Positions 17,741 to 27,345 of a stretch of 64,000 nucleotides of DNA are shown piece after piece. The translations under genes and the position numbers were made by a program. Each line of letters starts with the position of its first letter. Positions within the stretch are counted from its first letter, which is position 1. This DNA comes from Phycisphaerae bacterium RAS1 (lineage in GTDB: Bacteria > Planctomycetota > Phycisphaerae > UBA1845 > Fen-1342), in the NCBI GenBank assembly GCA_007859745.1, contig SMLU01000002.1, forward strand, positions 52,942 through 116,941, in the 5' to 3' direction. The notes under the pieces were generated by a model, which saw nothing but the letters and a program-made list of their open reading frames with translations, was not told the origin of the DNA and made no database searches.

Positions 17741-19027
17741 TCATGCCAGCGGATTGACAATCAGCCCGCTCGCCAGCTTCGGATAGAAGAACGTGCTCTT
17801 CTGCGGCATCAGGTCGTTCGCCTTGCACACACCGCGCAGCTCTTCCATCGTCGTCGGGGCCATCAGGAATACGCAGCCGCCCTCGCGATCCGCTTCTTTC
17901 ACCGCGTCCGTCGCCGACTTGACGTAGTGAATCTCCGGCGGATTGCCGCCTGTCAGCTTCGGGGCCACGCAGCGATCCAGAAGATAGGCGTGCAGCACGG
18001 CCAGCGCCAGCCCGCGCCACGCCGGGCTGTGATCCGGCTCCAGCTTGTCGAGCAGTCGCGCGTCGCGCGGCCGGACGCCGACGTACTTTCGCGTGGACGA
18101 TTCGTACAAACCGACCGCCTGCGGGCCGAGCGTCGCCAGTGTCTTCAGCGCGCCGTCCGCGTCGGCGGCGTTCAGGTCGCGCACTTCAAGGGCCGCGTCC
18201 GACGCCAGCAGCGCCGCGACGCCCTTGACGCGCGGCAGCACGCGGTGCGTCGCGAGAATTTGCAGCCCGGGATCCTCCATGGCACAAAAGACGCACAGCA
18301 CGAAGTTCGCCGGGTGATCCGCCGGCAGGGCGCCTCGCTCGGACGCGAGCCAGTCGCGGTACATCAGTCCGGTCCCGTAACGGTGATGGCCGTCCGCGAT
18401 GAAAATCGCGCGCAACGCCATCAGTTCGGTTACGTCGCGAACAGCGGCATCGTCTGTCACGGCCCAGACGCGGTTCGTGACGCCGTCCATTTGCCCGTGC
18501 ATCAGCGGCTCGCCGCCGATGGCTTTCTGCAGGCGGGCGGCGACGGCGTTGGCGCCGTCTTCGTACAGACCGAAAATCGGGCTGAGGTTGGCCTGGGTCG
18601 CCTGGGTGAGCAGCAGGCGGTCTTCCTTGGGGCCGCCGAAGGTGCGTTCGTGCGGGAAGACGCTGCCCTTTCCGAACGGCTCGAGGCGCAAACGGGCGAA
18701 GAACATTTTTCGCAAGTAGTCGACGCCCGCGTGCCGGTAGGCCTGGTGATACACGTAGATCGCCGGCGACGCGTCGCGCACCATCACGCGCGTCTCAAGC
18801 CAGCGGTCGAGCGTCTTGCGGGCGGCGGCGTAGACTTCCGCCGGGCCGGCGGTCTTGGCCGGGCACTGCGGAAGATCGACGGCGACGAAGTTGCGGGCGT
18901 CGCGGGCCAGCAGCGCCTGCTTGTCGGCGATGTCGAGCACGTCGTAAGGCGGGGCGATGAGGTTTGAAAGGTCCGAGCCGGAGGCGGTGTTGTATCGGAT
19001 CGCCGGAATCGGGCGGATCGCGGCCAT
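17741..19027 (-). CDS. DUF1015 family protein
   Basis: Start MAAIRPIPAIRY. IADGHHRY motif, typical of DUF1015. The upstream in-frame extension is antisense/repeat-derived. Confidence 0.7.
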   Translation of the reverse strand: MAAIRPIPAIRYNTASGSDLSNLIAPPYDVLDIADKQALLARDARNFVAVDLPQCPAKTAGPAEVYAAARKTLDRWLETRVMVRDASPAIYVYHQAYRHAGVDYLRKMFFARLRLEPFGKGSVFPHERTFGGPKEDRLLLTQATQANLSPIFGLYEDGANAVAARLQKAIGGEPLMHGQMDGVTNRVWAVTDDAAVRDVTELMALRAIFIADGHHRYGTGLMYRDWLASERGALPADHPANFVLCVFCAMEDPGLQILATHRVLPRVKGVAALLASDAALEVRDLNAADADGALKTLATLGPQAVGLYESSTRKYVGVRPRDARLLDKLEPDHSPAWRGLALAVLHAYLLDRCVAPKLTGGNPPEIHYVKSATDAVKEADREGGCVFLMAPTTMEELRGVCKANDLMPQKSTFFYPKLASGLIVNPLA

Positions 19028-19105
19028 GGTGTGAACTCCTGCGGGTTTTCCGCATGCTAGCGCGCGGCATGCGCAGCCGCAAGCAAACCGGACGCCGCGG
19101 CGGTC

Positions 19106-19206
19106 TTTCCGAACCCGCCGCGCCAAGCGGCGGGTTGACGATCGCGCGCGAGCGGCGCCTCGCAGGCCGGGGAGGTCGACTCGCCGCCTGGCGAGGCGGG
19201 TTCGGA
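19106..19206. repeat. Family-A palindromic repeat (TTCCGAACCCGCCGCGCCAAGCGGCGGGTTGACG ... inverted arm ... GGGTTCGGA)
   Basis: Full two-arm copy, intergenic. Confidence 0.85.
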
Positions 19207-19268
19207 GATGTCTGCCCGCCGAGCCTCCCAATGATTGGTCACACGCCGGTCGCGATATAATCGGGCGT

Positions 19269-19484
19269 ATGGACGCGCGGCTCGAGGCCTACCTGAAGGA
19301 ACACTGCGGCCCGCTCTGCTATGGCGAGCAGGACGAGAACGGCATCGATCTGTCGCTCATCCGCGCGAATCTCAAACTGACGCCGCTGGAACGGGCTCGG
19401 CTGGCCGACGCGATGCGGCGGCAGACGGAGAGGTTGAATGAAATCCGGCGAACTCGACCGCGACCGGTTCGAGAAGATCGCTAA
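19269..19484 (+). CDS. Small hypothetical protein (71 aa) overlapping the start of the downstream nucleotidyltransferase gene
   Basis: ORF with a 47-nt overlap onto the next gene. Could instead be a 5' extension artefact. Confidence 0.35.
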   Translation: MDARLEAYLKEHCGPLCYGEQDENGIDLSLIRANLKLTPLERARLADAMRRQTERLNEIRRTRPRPVREDR

Positions 19485-19947
19485 ACTCCTGACCGCAAGG
19501 AAAGTCGAGTTCATCGTGATCGGCGGGCAGGCGGAAGCCCTGTTGGGTAGCGCGCGCGTCACTTACGATACCGATCTGTGCTACCGACGAACGAACGAAA
19601 ACCTGGAACGCGTTGCGACTGCGCTGAAAGAGCTCGGGCCGACGCTGAGAGGCGCGCCAGCTGACTTGCCATTCAAGCTGGATGTGAAAGCCCTGCAGCT
19701 CGGCAACAACTTCACGTTTGACACGACGCTCGGCAGCCTCGACTTGCTCGGATGGGTCGAACCGCTGGGAACGTACGACGAATTCATCGGCCGAGCCGAG
19801 ACCATGCCGTTCGACGACATTGAGTTGAAGGTCATCTCGCTCGACGACCTGATCCGCGTCAAGCAGCACGTCAACCGCCCCAAGGACCGCGAGTCGCTGA
19901 TGCACCTGCTGGCGATCAAACGCGTCCGCGACGGGCAAGGCGGATGA
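19438..19947 (+). CDS. Minimal nucleotidyltransferase (Pol-beta fold) domain protein
   Basis: FIVIGGQAEALLGSARVTYDTDL gives the hG[GS] and DxD NTase motif. C-terminal helix DDLIRVKQHVNRPKDRESLMHL. Confidence 0.6.
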   Translation: MKSGELDRDRFEKIAKLLTARKVEFIVIGGQAEALLGSARVTYDTDLCYRRTNENLERVATALKELGPTLRGAPADLPFKLDVKALQLGNNFTFDTTLGSLDLLGWVEPLGTYDEFIGRAETMPFDDIELKVISLDDLIRVKQHVNRPKDRESLMHLLAIKRVRDGQGG

Positions 19948-19953
19948 TCGCCG

Positions 19954-20574
19954 ATGCTCTACGACCTCACTCCTCCGGTCTCTGAATCTCTCCGCGTCTG
20001 GCCCGGCGACACGCCGGTGTCGCGCGAAGTGCTGCTGGACATGCGGCAGGGGGCGAATATCACGCTCTCGACGCTGCGCGCCACGGTTCACCTGGGCGCA
20101 CACGCCGACGCGCCGAATCACTACGGCACGCACGCGCCCGCCATCCACGAGCGGCCGCTCGACTTGTACCTGGGCCCGTGCCAGGTGATGCGGGTCGCGG
20201 TCGGGCGCGGGCAGCGCATCACGCCCGCCATGCTCACCGGCCCGATCGTCGCCCCTCGAATTTTGTTTCACACCGGCACGTTTCCCGACCCGACCAACTG
20301 GAACGGCGACTTTGCCGCACTCTCGCCCGAGCTGGTCGATCGGGCGCACGAGCGGGGCGTGCGGCTGATCGGACTGGACACGCCCAGCGTGGACCTGATC
20401 GACTCGAAGGACCTGCCGGCGCACAAGCGGATTCTCGCCTGCGACATGGCCATTCTCGAGGGCGTCGTGCTGAAAGCCGTGCCTGACGGGGTGTATGAGC
20501 TGATCGCCCTGCCGCTGCCGCTGGTCGGCTTCGACGCCAGCCCGGTGCGCGCGATTCTGCGCACGATTTCGTAA
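19954..20574 (+). CDS. Cyclase-family protein / kynurenine formamidase-like (KynB)
   Basis: HxGxHxD-type motif VHLGAHADAPNHY. About 206 aa. Seven-nt gap from the upstream gene. Confidence 0.7.
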   Translation: MLYDLTPPVSESLRVWPGDTPVSREVLLDMRQGANITLSTLRATVHLGAHADAPNHYGTHAPAIHERPLDLYLGPCQVMRVAVGRGQRITPAMLTGPIVAPRILFHTGTFPDPTNWNGDFAALSPELVDRAHERGVRLIGLDTPSVDLIDSKDLPAHKRILACDMAILEGVVLKAVPDGVYELIALPLPLVGFDASPVRAILRTIS

Positions 20575-20583
20575 TCGGCAACT

Positions 20584-23500
20584 TCACTGCGCCGCCGCGT
20601 CCATCGCCAGCTTCTCCGCTTCACGCAGGAATTGCTGCCAGAGCTCGTCACGGGCAAACCAGGGCTGCCCCATCAGCTCGCGCAGATGAACGAGCTCGCG
20701 GGCCGCCTCCTCCGACCGGCCGAGCTTCTGCAAGCTCATCGCCGCGAACGCGACGTCGGCCGGGTGCTCGCCGTTGCGGGCGCGGGACGCGGCCAGCGTT
20801 TCGAGCGCCTCGGCGTATCGCCCGCAGCGGAACCGGGCGATGCCGAGCGTGTTCAGATACGAGCCGACGCGCGGCGACATGTCGCACGCCGTCTCCGCCA
20901 TGCGCAGCGCACGGCGGTATTCCGCCGCCGGGCGGCCGGCCGTCTTGACCAGCGTCCATGCGGCGTCGTTGAGTTGCTGCGGATTGTTGCCGCGCGCCTG
21001 GACGATTTCGATCGCCGTTGCGCGAAGCGCGCTCTCCAAGTCTTTCCGCTCGCGCAGCCTCCCGATGACGTCATCCGCGAAGACCGCGGCGGCGAATTCG
21101 GCATCGACCCGCTGGTGCGCCGCGGCGACGTGCGCCCGGCGGGCGGCGACGTCCGGCAGCGGCTCAGCCGTTTCCCAGACACGAATAACCCCGCTGCTGC
21201 CACCCGCCACGATGCGCGGCGCGATCGCCGGATTCGCGTGCGGCGTGGAGGAGCTCCGGCTCGCGGGCGCCTGTGCGGCGGCTGCCGGCGGCGCCGCTCC
21301 CACCGCGACGGCGAGCGCCGCTTCACGCGATTCGCGGAGTTCCTGCAACTCTTCGCCGGTAACCGTGTCCCACAGCTTGACGGCGCCGTCGTCTCCACCG
21401 GAAACGAGCCGCTCGCCGTCGGGCAGGCAGGCGAGACTGCGAACCGCCTGCCGATGACCGCGCAGAACGAGCGTCTGATCTGAGCGGCCCAGCCGCCAGA
21501 TGCGGATGGTCGTATCGTCGGCCCCTGACGCGAGCGATCGCCCATCGGGCATGAATGTGACGCACGTCACGCGTCCCTCGTGGCCCGCGAGCGTCGCCAG
21601 GCAGCGGCCCGACGCGACCGCCCAGACGCGAACCGTCCGATCCGCCGAGCAGGACGCAAGCTGCTTGCCATCCGGGCTGAAGGCGAGCGCCAGGACGTCG
21701 TCGCTGTGGCCCGACAAGGCGAGAATGTCCGCACCGCTGTGCACATCCCAGAGATGCACGCGGTCGTCGAACCCGCCGCTCGCGACCACGCGCCCCTGCG
21801 GGCTGACCGCCAAAGCGAACACGTGCTCCTCATCCGCCTTCCACGTGCGAAGTGATTCGAGCGTCGCGGCATTCCAGACGGCGGCGCGCCCATCGTCGCC
21901 GACGGAAACCAGCGAGGCGCCGTCAGGCGTGAACGCGACGCCGGTCACCGTCCACTCGTGCCCGCGGCCGGTGCGCAGCTCCTGTCCGGTCGCCGCGTCC
22001 CAGAGCTTCACCGTGAAATCGCGTCCGCCCGAAGCGACGAATCGCCCATCCGGGCTGACGGCCAGCGCGTGGACGGCGCTGTGATGCCCGGCCAGCGCAA
22101 GTACATCCGCCGCGGCGGCGGCATCCCAGACGCGCAGCGTGTTGTCGCGCCCGCCGCTGGCAATGCTCGCGCCGCCGGGGCTGAACGCGACGCTGTCGAT
22201 CGGCGCCGCGTGCCCGCGCAGGGTCACGGCGCAGGCGCCCGAACCGGCGTCCCAGACCCGCAGCGCGCGGTCCTCTCCGCCACTGGCAACGCGCCGGCCG
22301 TCCGGGCTCCAAGCCACGCCGTGCACCGCCGAGCCGTGAGTGAGGATCACGACCGGAATCGCGCCATTCTCGGCGGAAACCGGCCGGGCCGCGCTGCCCC
22401 AGATTCGGATGGTGCCGTCGCTTCCGCCGCTGGCGAGCCGCCGGCCCTCCGGATCAAACGCGACCGACCAGGCGCGGCCCTCGTGCCCGCGCAGCACCGC
22501 CGTCTCGGCGCCATGCGCCGCGTCCCAGAGGCGCACGGTGCCGTCCTCGCCGGCGGTCGCGATCGTCGCGCCGTCGGGCGAATACGCGACACCATCCACC
22601 GCGCCCTCATGTCCGTAGAGCGTTGTCGGCTCGTCGCCGGTGGCGATGTGCCAGATTCGCAGCGTACCGTCGTGTCCCACGGACGCGAGTTGCCCGCCGT
22701 CTGAACGCCAGGCCAGCCCGGCGACGTGCGACCAGTGTCCTTCGAGCGTCCGCAGCGGCTCGCCTGTGGCAGCGTCCCAGAGACGAATGACGCGATCCTG
22801 GCCGCCGCTCGCAAGTGTCTTGCCATCCGGGCTGAACTCGGCGCACATCACCGGCCGGTCATGGTCCTTCAGCACCGCAGACGCGGCGAACTCGCCGGCT
22901 TCATTCTGCGTCCACAGGCGCACGGTTCCGTCGAAGCCGGCCGACGCGATCTGCTTGCCGCCGCTGCGCCACGCCACTGCCGAAACGAAGTGGTCATGGC
23001 CGCGCAACGTCATCCGGCTGCGATCCGCCAGCCAGTCGAGCCGCTGCCACTCCCAGCCGCGCAGCTCCTGCGGACAGCCGATCAGCAGGTCGCGCACCAG
23101 CGCCACGTCTCCGTCGTCGAGCTTTCCGCCGGCCAGCGCCACGCGCGTGCCATACAGCCGCCGCGCGACCAGCCGCTCGCGCTCCTCGGCCGCCTCGCGC
23201 GCCGCGACGGCCTCGGCCCGCTCGCGCGCCTGCAGCTTGGCCGCCGCCTGCTGATACAGAAACGTCATCGCCACCCCGAACCCCACGCCGGCCACCAGCA
23301 TGACGGCGGCGATGCTGGCGGCGGCCCAGTAGCGGCGAATCCCCTTGCGCAGCATGTACCAGCCGCTGTCGCGCTTGGCCTCGATCGGCTGGCCCGCAAG
23401 ATAGCGGCGAATGTCGTTGGCCAATTCGCCGGCCGACTGGTAGCGCCGCGGCGGTTCCTTGCTCAGGCACTTGAGGACGATCGTCTCGACTTCGTCGTCA

Positions 23501-24327
23501 ATCTCGGGCCGATGCCGGCTGGGGGGCGTTGGGGCGACGTTCAGGATGTTGTCGATGACCTTCCGCATGTTGCCACCCACGTCATACGGAAACGTCCCCA
23601 CGGTCAGCATCTGGTAGAGCACGACGCCCAGTGAATAGACGTCCGTGCGGATGTCCACGTCGTCCTGCCGCCCCTCGGCCTGCTCCGGGCTGGCCCATGG
23701 CACCGAGCCTATGAACTGCCCGGTCATGGTCATGTGCGGAGTCTTCGAATCCACCGATTCATTGTCCTCGGTCAGCTTTGCCAGCCCGAAATCCAGAACG
23801 TGCGGCTCACCCGCCTCGTCGATGCGGATGTTGCCCGGCTTGATGTCGCGGTGAATCACGCCGCGGAGATGGGCGGCGTTGATGGCGTCGCAGATCTTGC
23901 CGAACAGCTCAAGCGTGCGGCGGACGGGCAGCGCCGTGGTCTGCACGAACCGGTCCAGCGGTTGACCGGGGATGAAGTCCATCACGTAGTAGAAGCAGCC
24001 CGCCGCCGTGCCGCTGTCGTGAATGCCGACGATGTTCGGGTGATTGAGCTGTCCGAGCACCTGAATTTCGCGCTCGAAGCGGACGCGGTCACTGGGGCGC
24101 GCCAGCGGGCCTTCGTGCATCACCTTGATGGCGACGTTGCGGCGGGTGGATTTCTGCACCGCCTTGTAGACCACCCCTTGCCCGCCGCGGTGAATCTCGC
24201 CCACGATCGTGTAGCCCGGCAGCGATTCGGCGCCGACGGACTTCTCCACCTCAACGGCGGAAGGCGCGTCGCCGCTGGCGGCGGTGGCGGTGACTTCGAT
24301 GCGCTGCGGCGCAGGCAGGCCGGACAA
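20584..24327 (-). CDS. Serine/threonine protein kinase fused to a TM segment, about 14 WD40 repeats and C-terminal TPR repeats
   Basis: Kinase motifs VAIKVM, HRDIKPGN, DFGLAK, SPEQ. Repeated GH...WD / LASGG.D.T.R.WD units. TPR-like tail. Confidence 0.9.
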   Translation of the reverse strand: MSGLPAPQRIEVTATAASGDAPSAVEVEKSVGAESLPGYTIVGEIHRGGQGVVYKAVQKSTRRNVAIKVMHEGPLARPSDRVRFEREIQVLGQLNHPNIVGIHDSGTAAGCFYYVMDFIPGQPLDRFVQTTALPVRRTLELFGKICDAINAAHLRGVIHRDIKPGNIRIDEAGEPHVLDFGLAKLTEDNESVDSKTPHMTMTGQFIGSVPWASPEQAEGRQDDVDIRTDVYSLGVVLYQMLTVGTFPYDVGGNMRKVIDNILNVAPTPPSRHRPEIDDEVETIVLKCLSKEPPRRYQSAGELANDIRRYLAGQPIEAKRDSGWYMLRKGIRRYWAAASIAAVMLVAGVGFGVAMTFLYQQAAAKLQARERAEAVAAREAAEERERLVARRLYGTRVALAGGKLDDGDVALVRDLLIGCPQELRGWEWQRLDWLADRSRMTLRGHDHFVSAVAWRSGGKQIASAGFDGTVRLWTQNEAGEFAASAVLKDHDRPVMCAEFSPDGKTLASGGQDRVIRLWDAATGEPLRTLEGHWSHVAGLAWRSDGGQLASVGHDGTLRIWHIATGDEPTTLYGHEGAVDGVAYSPDGATIATAGEDGTVRLWDAAHGAETAVLRGHEGRAWSVAFDPEGRRLASGGSDGTIRIWGSAARPVSAENGAIPVVILTHGSAVHGVAWSPDGRRVASGGEDRALRVWDAGSGACAVTLRGHAAPIDSVAFSPGGASIASGGRDNTLRVWDAAAAADVLALAGHHSAVHALAVSPDGRFVASGGRDFTVKLWDAATGQELRTGRGHEWTVTGVAFTPDGASLVSVGDDGRAAVWNAATLESLRTWKADEEHVFALAVSPQGRVVASGGFDDRVHLWDVHSGADILALSGHSDDVLALAFSPDGKQLASCSADRTVRVWAVASGRCLATLAGHEGRVTCVTFMPDGRSLASGADDTTIRIWRLGRSDQTLVLRGHRQAVRSLACLPDGERLVSGGDDGAVKLWDTVTGEELQELRESREAALAVAVGAAPPAAAAQAPASRSSSTPHANPAIAPRIVAGGSSGVIRVWETAEPLPDVAARRAHVAAAHQRVDAEFAAAVFADDVIGRLRERKDLESALRATAIEIVQARGNNPQQLNDAAWTLVKTAGRPAAEYRRALRMAETACDMSPRVGSYLNTLGIARFRCGRYAEALETLAASRARNGEHPADVAFAAMSLQKLGRSEEAARELVHLRELMGQPWFARDELWQQFLREAEKLAMDAAAQ

Positions 24328-24448
24328 GGCGTACTCCGAGTGTCACAAAAGGAATAGTATCGCCCACCGCGCGCGATTGCATCGCGCGGGGAGTGATGGT
24401 GATGCGCCGGGTGTGACCGGAGATTGTCGCGACTCAGCGGGCGAGTCT

Positions 24449-24549
24449 GTCCGAACCCGCCGCGCCAAGCGGCGGGTTGACGACCGTAGGTCTTTTGGCG
24501 CCACACAGGCCGGGGACGTCACCCCGCCGCTTGGCGCGGCGGGTTCGGA
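24449..24549. repeat. Family-A palindromic repeat
   Basis: Full two-arm copy between the STK start and the ispB end. Confidence 0.85.
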
Positions 24550-24585
24550 AATACGGCCGCGTCGGAAGAACGGCCCGCCGTCCGG

Positions 24586-25587
24586 CTATCGGCGACGGTT
24601 GATCACAAAATCGGCCATTACACACAGACTGTCACGCGCCGCGCCGGCCGGGAGCGCGGCAAGGGCGGCTTGCGCCGTGCGGATGTACTCGGCCGCCGCG
24701 TCGATGGCGAACTGCATGCTACCGGCGGCTTGCAGGCGGGCGGCGATCTGGCGGTGACGCCGGGCGTCGTCGCTGCCGAGCAGCGCCAGCATGTCGGCCT
24801 TTTCGGCCTGAGACGCGCCGCCCAGGAAGTGAATCAGCGGCAGCGTGAGCTTCCCTTTTTCGACATCGCGGCCGAGCGATTTTCCGGCCTCAATCTCGTC
24901 GCCGGTCAGGTCCAGCACGTCGTCGATGATCTGAAACGCAATCCCGATCGACAACCCGAAGCGGCGCAGCCGCGCGACGGTCGGCGGCGGCGCGTCAGCG
25001 AAGTGCGCCCCCAGCTCGCACGAAGCCGCAATCAGCGAGGCGGTCTTGCGGCTGATGATGTCGATGTATTCGCGCTGCGTCAGCTCGACATTGCCGCGAT
25101 TGGCGACCTGCATCATCTCGCCTTCGCAGACCGTGTTGGTCGTGCGGCCGATCAGGCGCGAGGCGTGCTGCGAGTCGAGACTGCTGCACAGGTGAAAGGC
25201 GTGGCTGATGAGAAAATCGCCCATCAGCACCGCCCGCTCGTTGCCCCACAGGCGGTTGACGGTGGCCGCCCGCCGGCGAATGTCCGCGTCGTCCAGCACG
25301 TCATCGTGCACCAGCGTCGCGAGGTGCACCATCTCGACCACCGCCGCGAGCACGTGATGCGCCGGCCTCACCTCGCCGCAGGCCCGCCCGGCCAAGAGCA
25401 GCAGCGCCGGCCGCAGCGACTTGCCCTGAAAATGAGCCACGTGGGCGCACAGGTCGGAGATGAAGCCCTGATCGCTGATCAGCTCGTCGCGGAACACGCG
25501 CCGGGCGGCGTCGAGATCGGCGGCGATCGGCGCATAGAGCATCCCCAGGTCGAGCGTCGGTGCGTCGGGTGTGCCGGCCACGTCCAC
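24586..25587 (-). CDS. ispB: Polyprenyl diphosphate synthase (octaprenyl/heptaprenyl type)
   Basis: First DDxxD as LVHDDVLDDAD and second as FQIIDDVLD. Confidence 0.85.
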   Translation of the reverse strand: MDVAGTPDAPTLDLGMLYAPIAADLDAARRVFRDELISDQGFISDLCAHVAHFQGKSLRPALLLLAGRACGEVRPAHHVLAAVVEMVHLATLVHDDVLDDADIRRRAATVNRLWGNERAVLMGDFLISHAFHLCSSLDSQHASRLIGRTTNTVCEGEMMQVANRGNVELTQREYIDIISRKTASLIAASCELGAHFADAPPPTVARLRRFGLSIGIAFQIIDDVLDLTGDEIEAGKSLGRDVEKGKLTLPLIHFLGGASQAEKADMLALLGSDDARRHRQIAARLQAAGSMQFAIDAAAEYIRTAQAALAALPAGAARDSLCVMADFVINRRR

Positions 25588-25676
25588 CTCCTGTCGTAGT
25601 GGACAGTATTTCCGGGCGCTCGCCCCAACGTCCAGTTGCGCCTGAATCTTTCAGAATGATTGAAAATGAGAGGTCG

Positions 25677-26321
25677 CTACCCCGCCAGCGGCTCCAACTC
25701 GTCGCTGAGAGATGAAACGATCAGGAGCAGGCACCCGCTCTGCGTGGATTGCACCACGTGCCGCGAACCCTGCCCCGCCCGCTGATAGTCGCCCGCGCTG
25801 AGCACTGCAATATCGCCGATCTGCAAGTCGCCTTCGAGGACCAGGCACTCCTCCGGACCCGCGTGACGGTGCGCCGGGTATGCCGCTCCAGGGTCCATCC
25901 GAACCAGCATCGTGATCTGGTCCTTGGCCGGATCGGCGAACAGGCGCCGGACACGGACGCCGGCGACGCCCGTCTCGGTCCACTCGCCCTCGTTGGCCCG
26001 GCGGATGAACATGCCCTCGGTCGGGTCGGCGCTCCACTGCTTCCAGACTTGCGCATCCGCGTGCGCCGAATGGCCGGCCGCGCGCGGGCCTTGAATGCGC
26101 TCGAGGACGGCGGCGCGAACCTCGGCGTCGGGCGGGACGGGCGCCACCGCCAGCGACAACTGCTCCACCACGCCATCATAAGAGCGCAGCTCGCTCTCGC
26201 ACGCCGAGCAGCCGGTCGCGAGGTGCGCCTCGAACGCGGCCGCCTGCTCGGCCGGCATGGCGCCGGCCGCATAGAGAGCCGCCAGTTCTGCGGAGTCGCC
26301 GATGGAATGCAGCGCGGTCAT
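25677..26321 (-). CDS. chrR: ChrR-type anti-sigma factor (zinc-binding N-domain plus C-terminal cupin)
   Basis: HLATGCSACESE gives the HxxxCxxC motif. Cupin motifs AYPAHRHAGPEECLVLEGD. ATGA overlap with the upstream ECF sigma. Confidence 0.75.
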   Translation of the reverse strand: MTALHSIGDSAELAALYAAGAMPAEQAAAFEAHLATGCSACESELRSYDGVVEQLSLAVAPVPPDAEVRAAVLERIQGPRAAGHSAHADAQVWKQWSADPTEGMFIRRANEGEWTETGVAGVRVRRLFADPAKDQITMLVRMDPGAAYPAHRHAGPEECLVLEGDLQIGDIAVLSAGDYQRAGQGSRHVVQSTQSGCLLLIVSSLSDELEPLAG

Positions 26322-26872
26322 TGTGAACTCACCTCGCCTGTCAGCGTTTCGCGCAGGCGCTTCATGCCAAGCCGGATGCGGGTCTTCACGGTTCCCAGGG
26401 GCAGCGATCGCTGCAACGCGATCTGCTCGTGCGTCAGGCCGCCGTAGAACGCCAGCTCGATGACGCTGCGTTGCTCCGGCGGCAGGTCCGCCAGAGCGCG
26501 GCGCGCACCACGGCTGGTTTCATCGCGATCGATGAGGCTGGCAGCGTCGTCGGCCGCGACGCGTTCGACCGCAGCGCCGGGATTTGTATCGCGGCGGCGC
26601 CGCCGCAGATAGTCGATGGCCCGCGAGCGCGCGATCAGGAGCAACCACGCGATCGGCGAGCCACGCTCGGCATTGTACTCGGCCGCCCGGGTCCAGACGG
26701 CGCAAAAAACGTCCTGAAGTACATCATCGGCGTCCGGCCTGCTGCGAAGCAGCTTCAGCAGCAAACCCAGCGCCCGCGGCGCGTGCCGGTCAAAAAAAAG
26801 CGAAAAGGCATCGCGGTCGCCCGCGCCCGCGCGGGCCAGAAGCCGGATGTCGTCGTCATGCTCGCTGGGCAT
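26318..26872 (-). CDS. ECF (sigma-70 family group 4) RNA polymerase sigma factor, partner of ChrR
   Basis: Sigma2 region DVLQDVFCAVW. Sigma4 HTH LTHEQIALQRSLPLGTVKTRIRLGMKRL. Start MPSEHDDD at 26872. Confidence 0.8.
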   Translation of the reverse strand: MPSEHDDDIRLLARAGAGDRDAFSLFFDRHAPRALGLLLKLLRSRPDADDVLQDVFCAVWTRAAEYNAERGSPIAWLLLIARSRAIDYLRRRRRDTNPGAAVERVAADDAASLIDRDETSRGARRALADLPPEQRSVIELAFYGGLTHEQIALQRSLPLGTVKTRIRLGMKRLRETLTGEVSSQ

Positions 26873-27228
26873 TCCACCGGTCCGCCGCGGTGCTAGCGCC
26901 TGACCGCCGGCGGTTTCTGCGGCGCCGGCCGCGCGGGCGTGCTTCGGGCAGGCCATCCTAAGTGCCGATCGCGACGGCGGCAACGGATGCGCACGCAATC
27001 GGGCGACGGGCGGTTTTCGAGACGATTTCAAGTCGCAAACTCCGCGCCGCGTCGAACGCCAGGTAGGGCGCCGGCTGGGGCGCCGTCCCCGCGCAGCCCA
27101 TGCCTGAGGAGGCACGTCGGCCCCGACGCTGGTGACGTTTCCGGGATATACGCAGCGGGGGACGATTCAGATTTGGCATTAACCTGCCGTGCCGGAGTTT
27201 TATTCCAGAGAGAGCCGTGAACATCTTG

Positions 27229-27300
27229 GTGAGACGGGCGTCTGGCGCATCTTGCCCGTTCCTGAAGACCGCAGGGACGGGCGAGACGCCCGTCCCACCC
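27229..27300. repeat. Family-B palindromic repeat
   Basis: Intergenic. Confidence 0.8.
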
Positions 27301-27345
27301 AAATGTTCACAACCTCTCTCGCCCGTCCCTCGTTTCAACAGGCTG

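Noticed and set aside
17651-18967. Plus-strand ORF of 438 aa
   Set aside because: Antisense to the DUF1015 gene; no motifs.
20632-23634. Several 200-300 aa plus-strand ORFs
   Set aside because: Antisense to the kinase-WD40 gene; Arg/Ala-rich junk.
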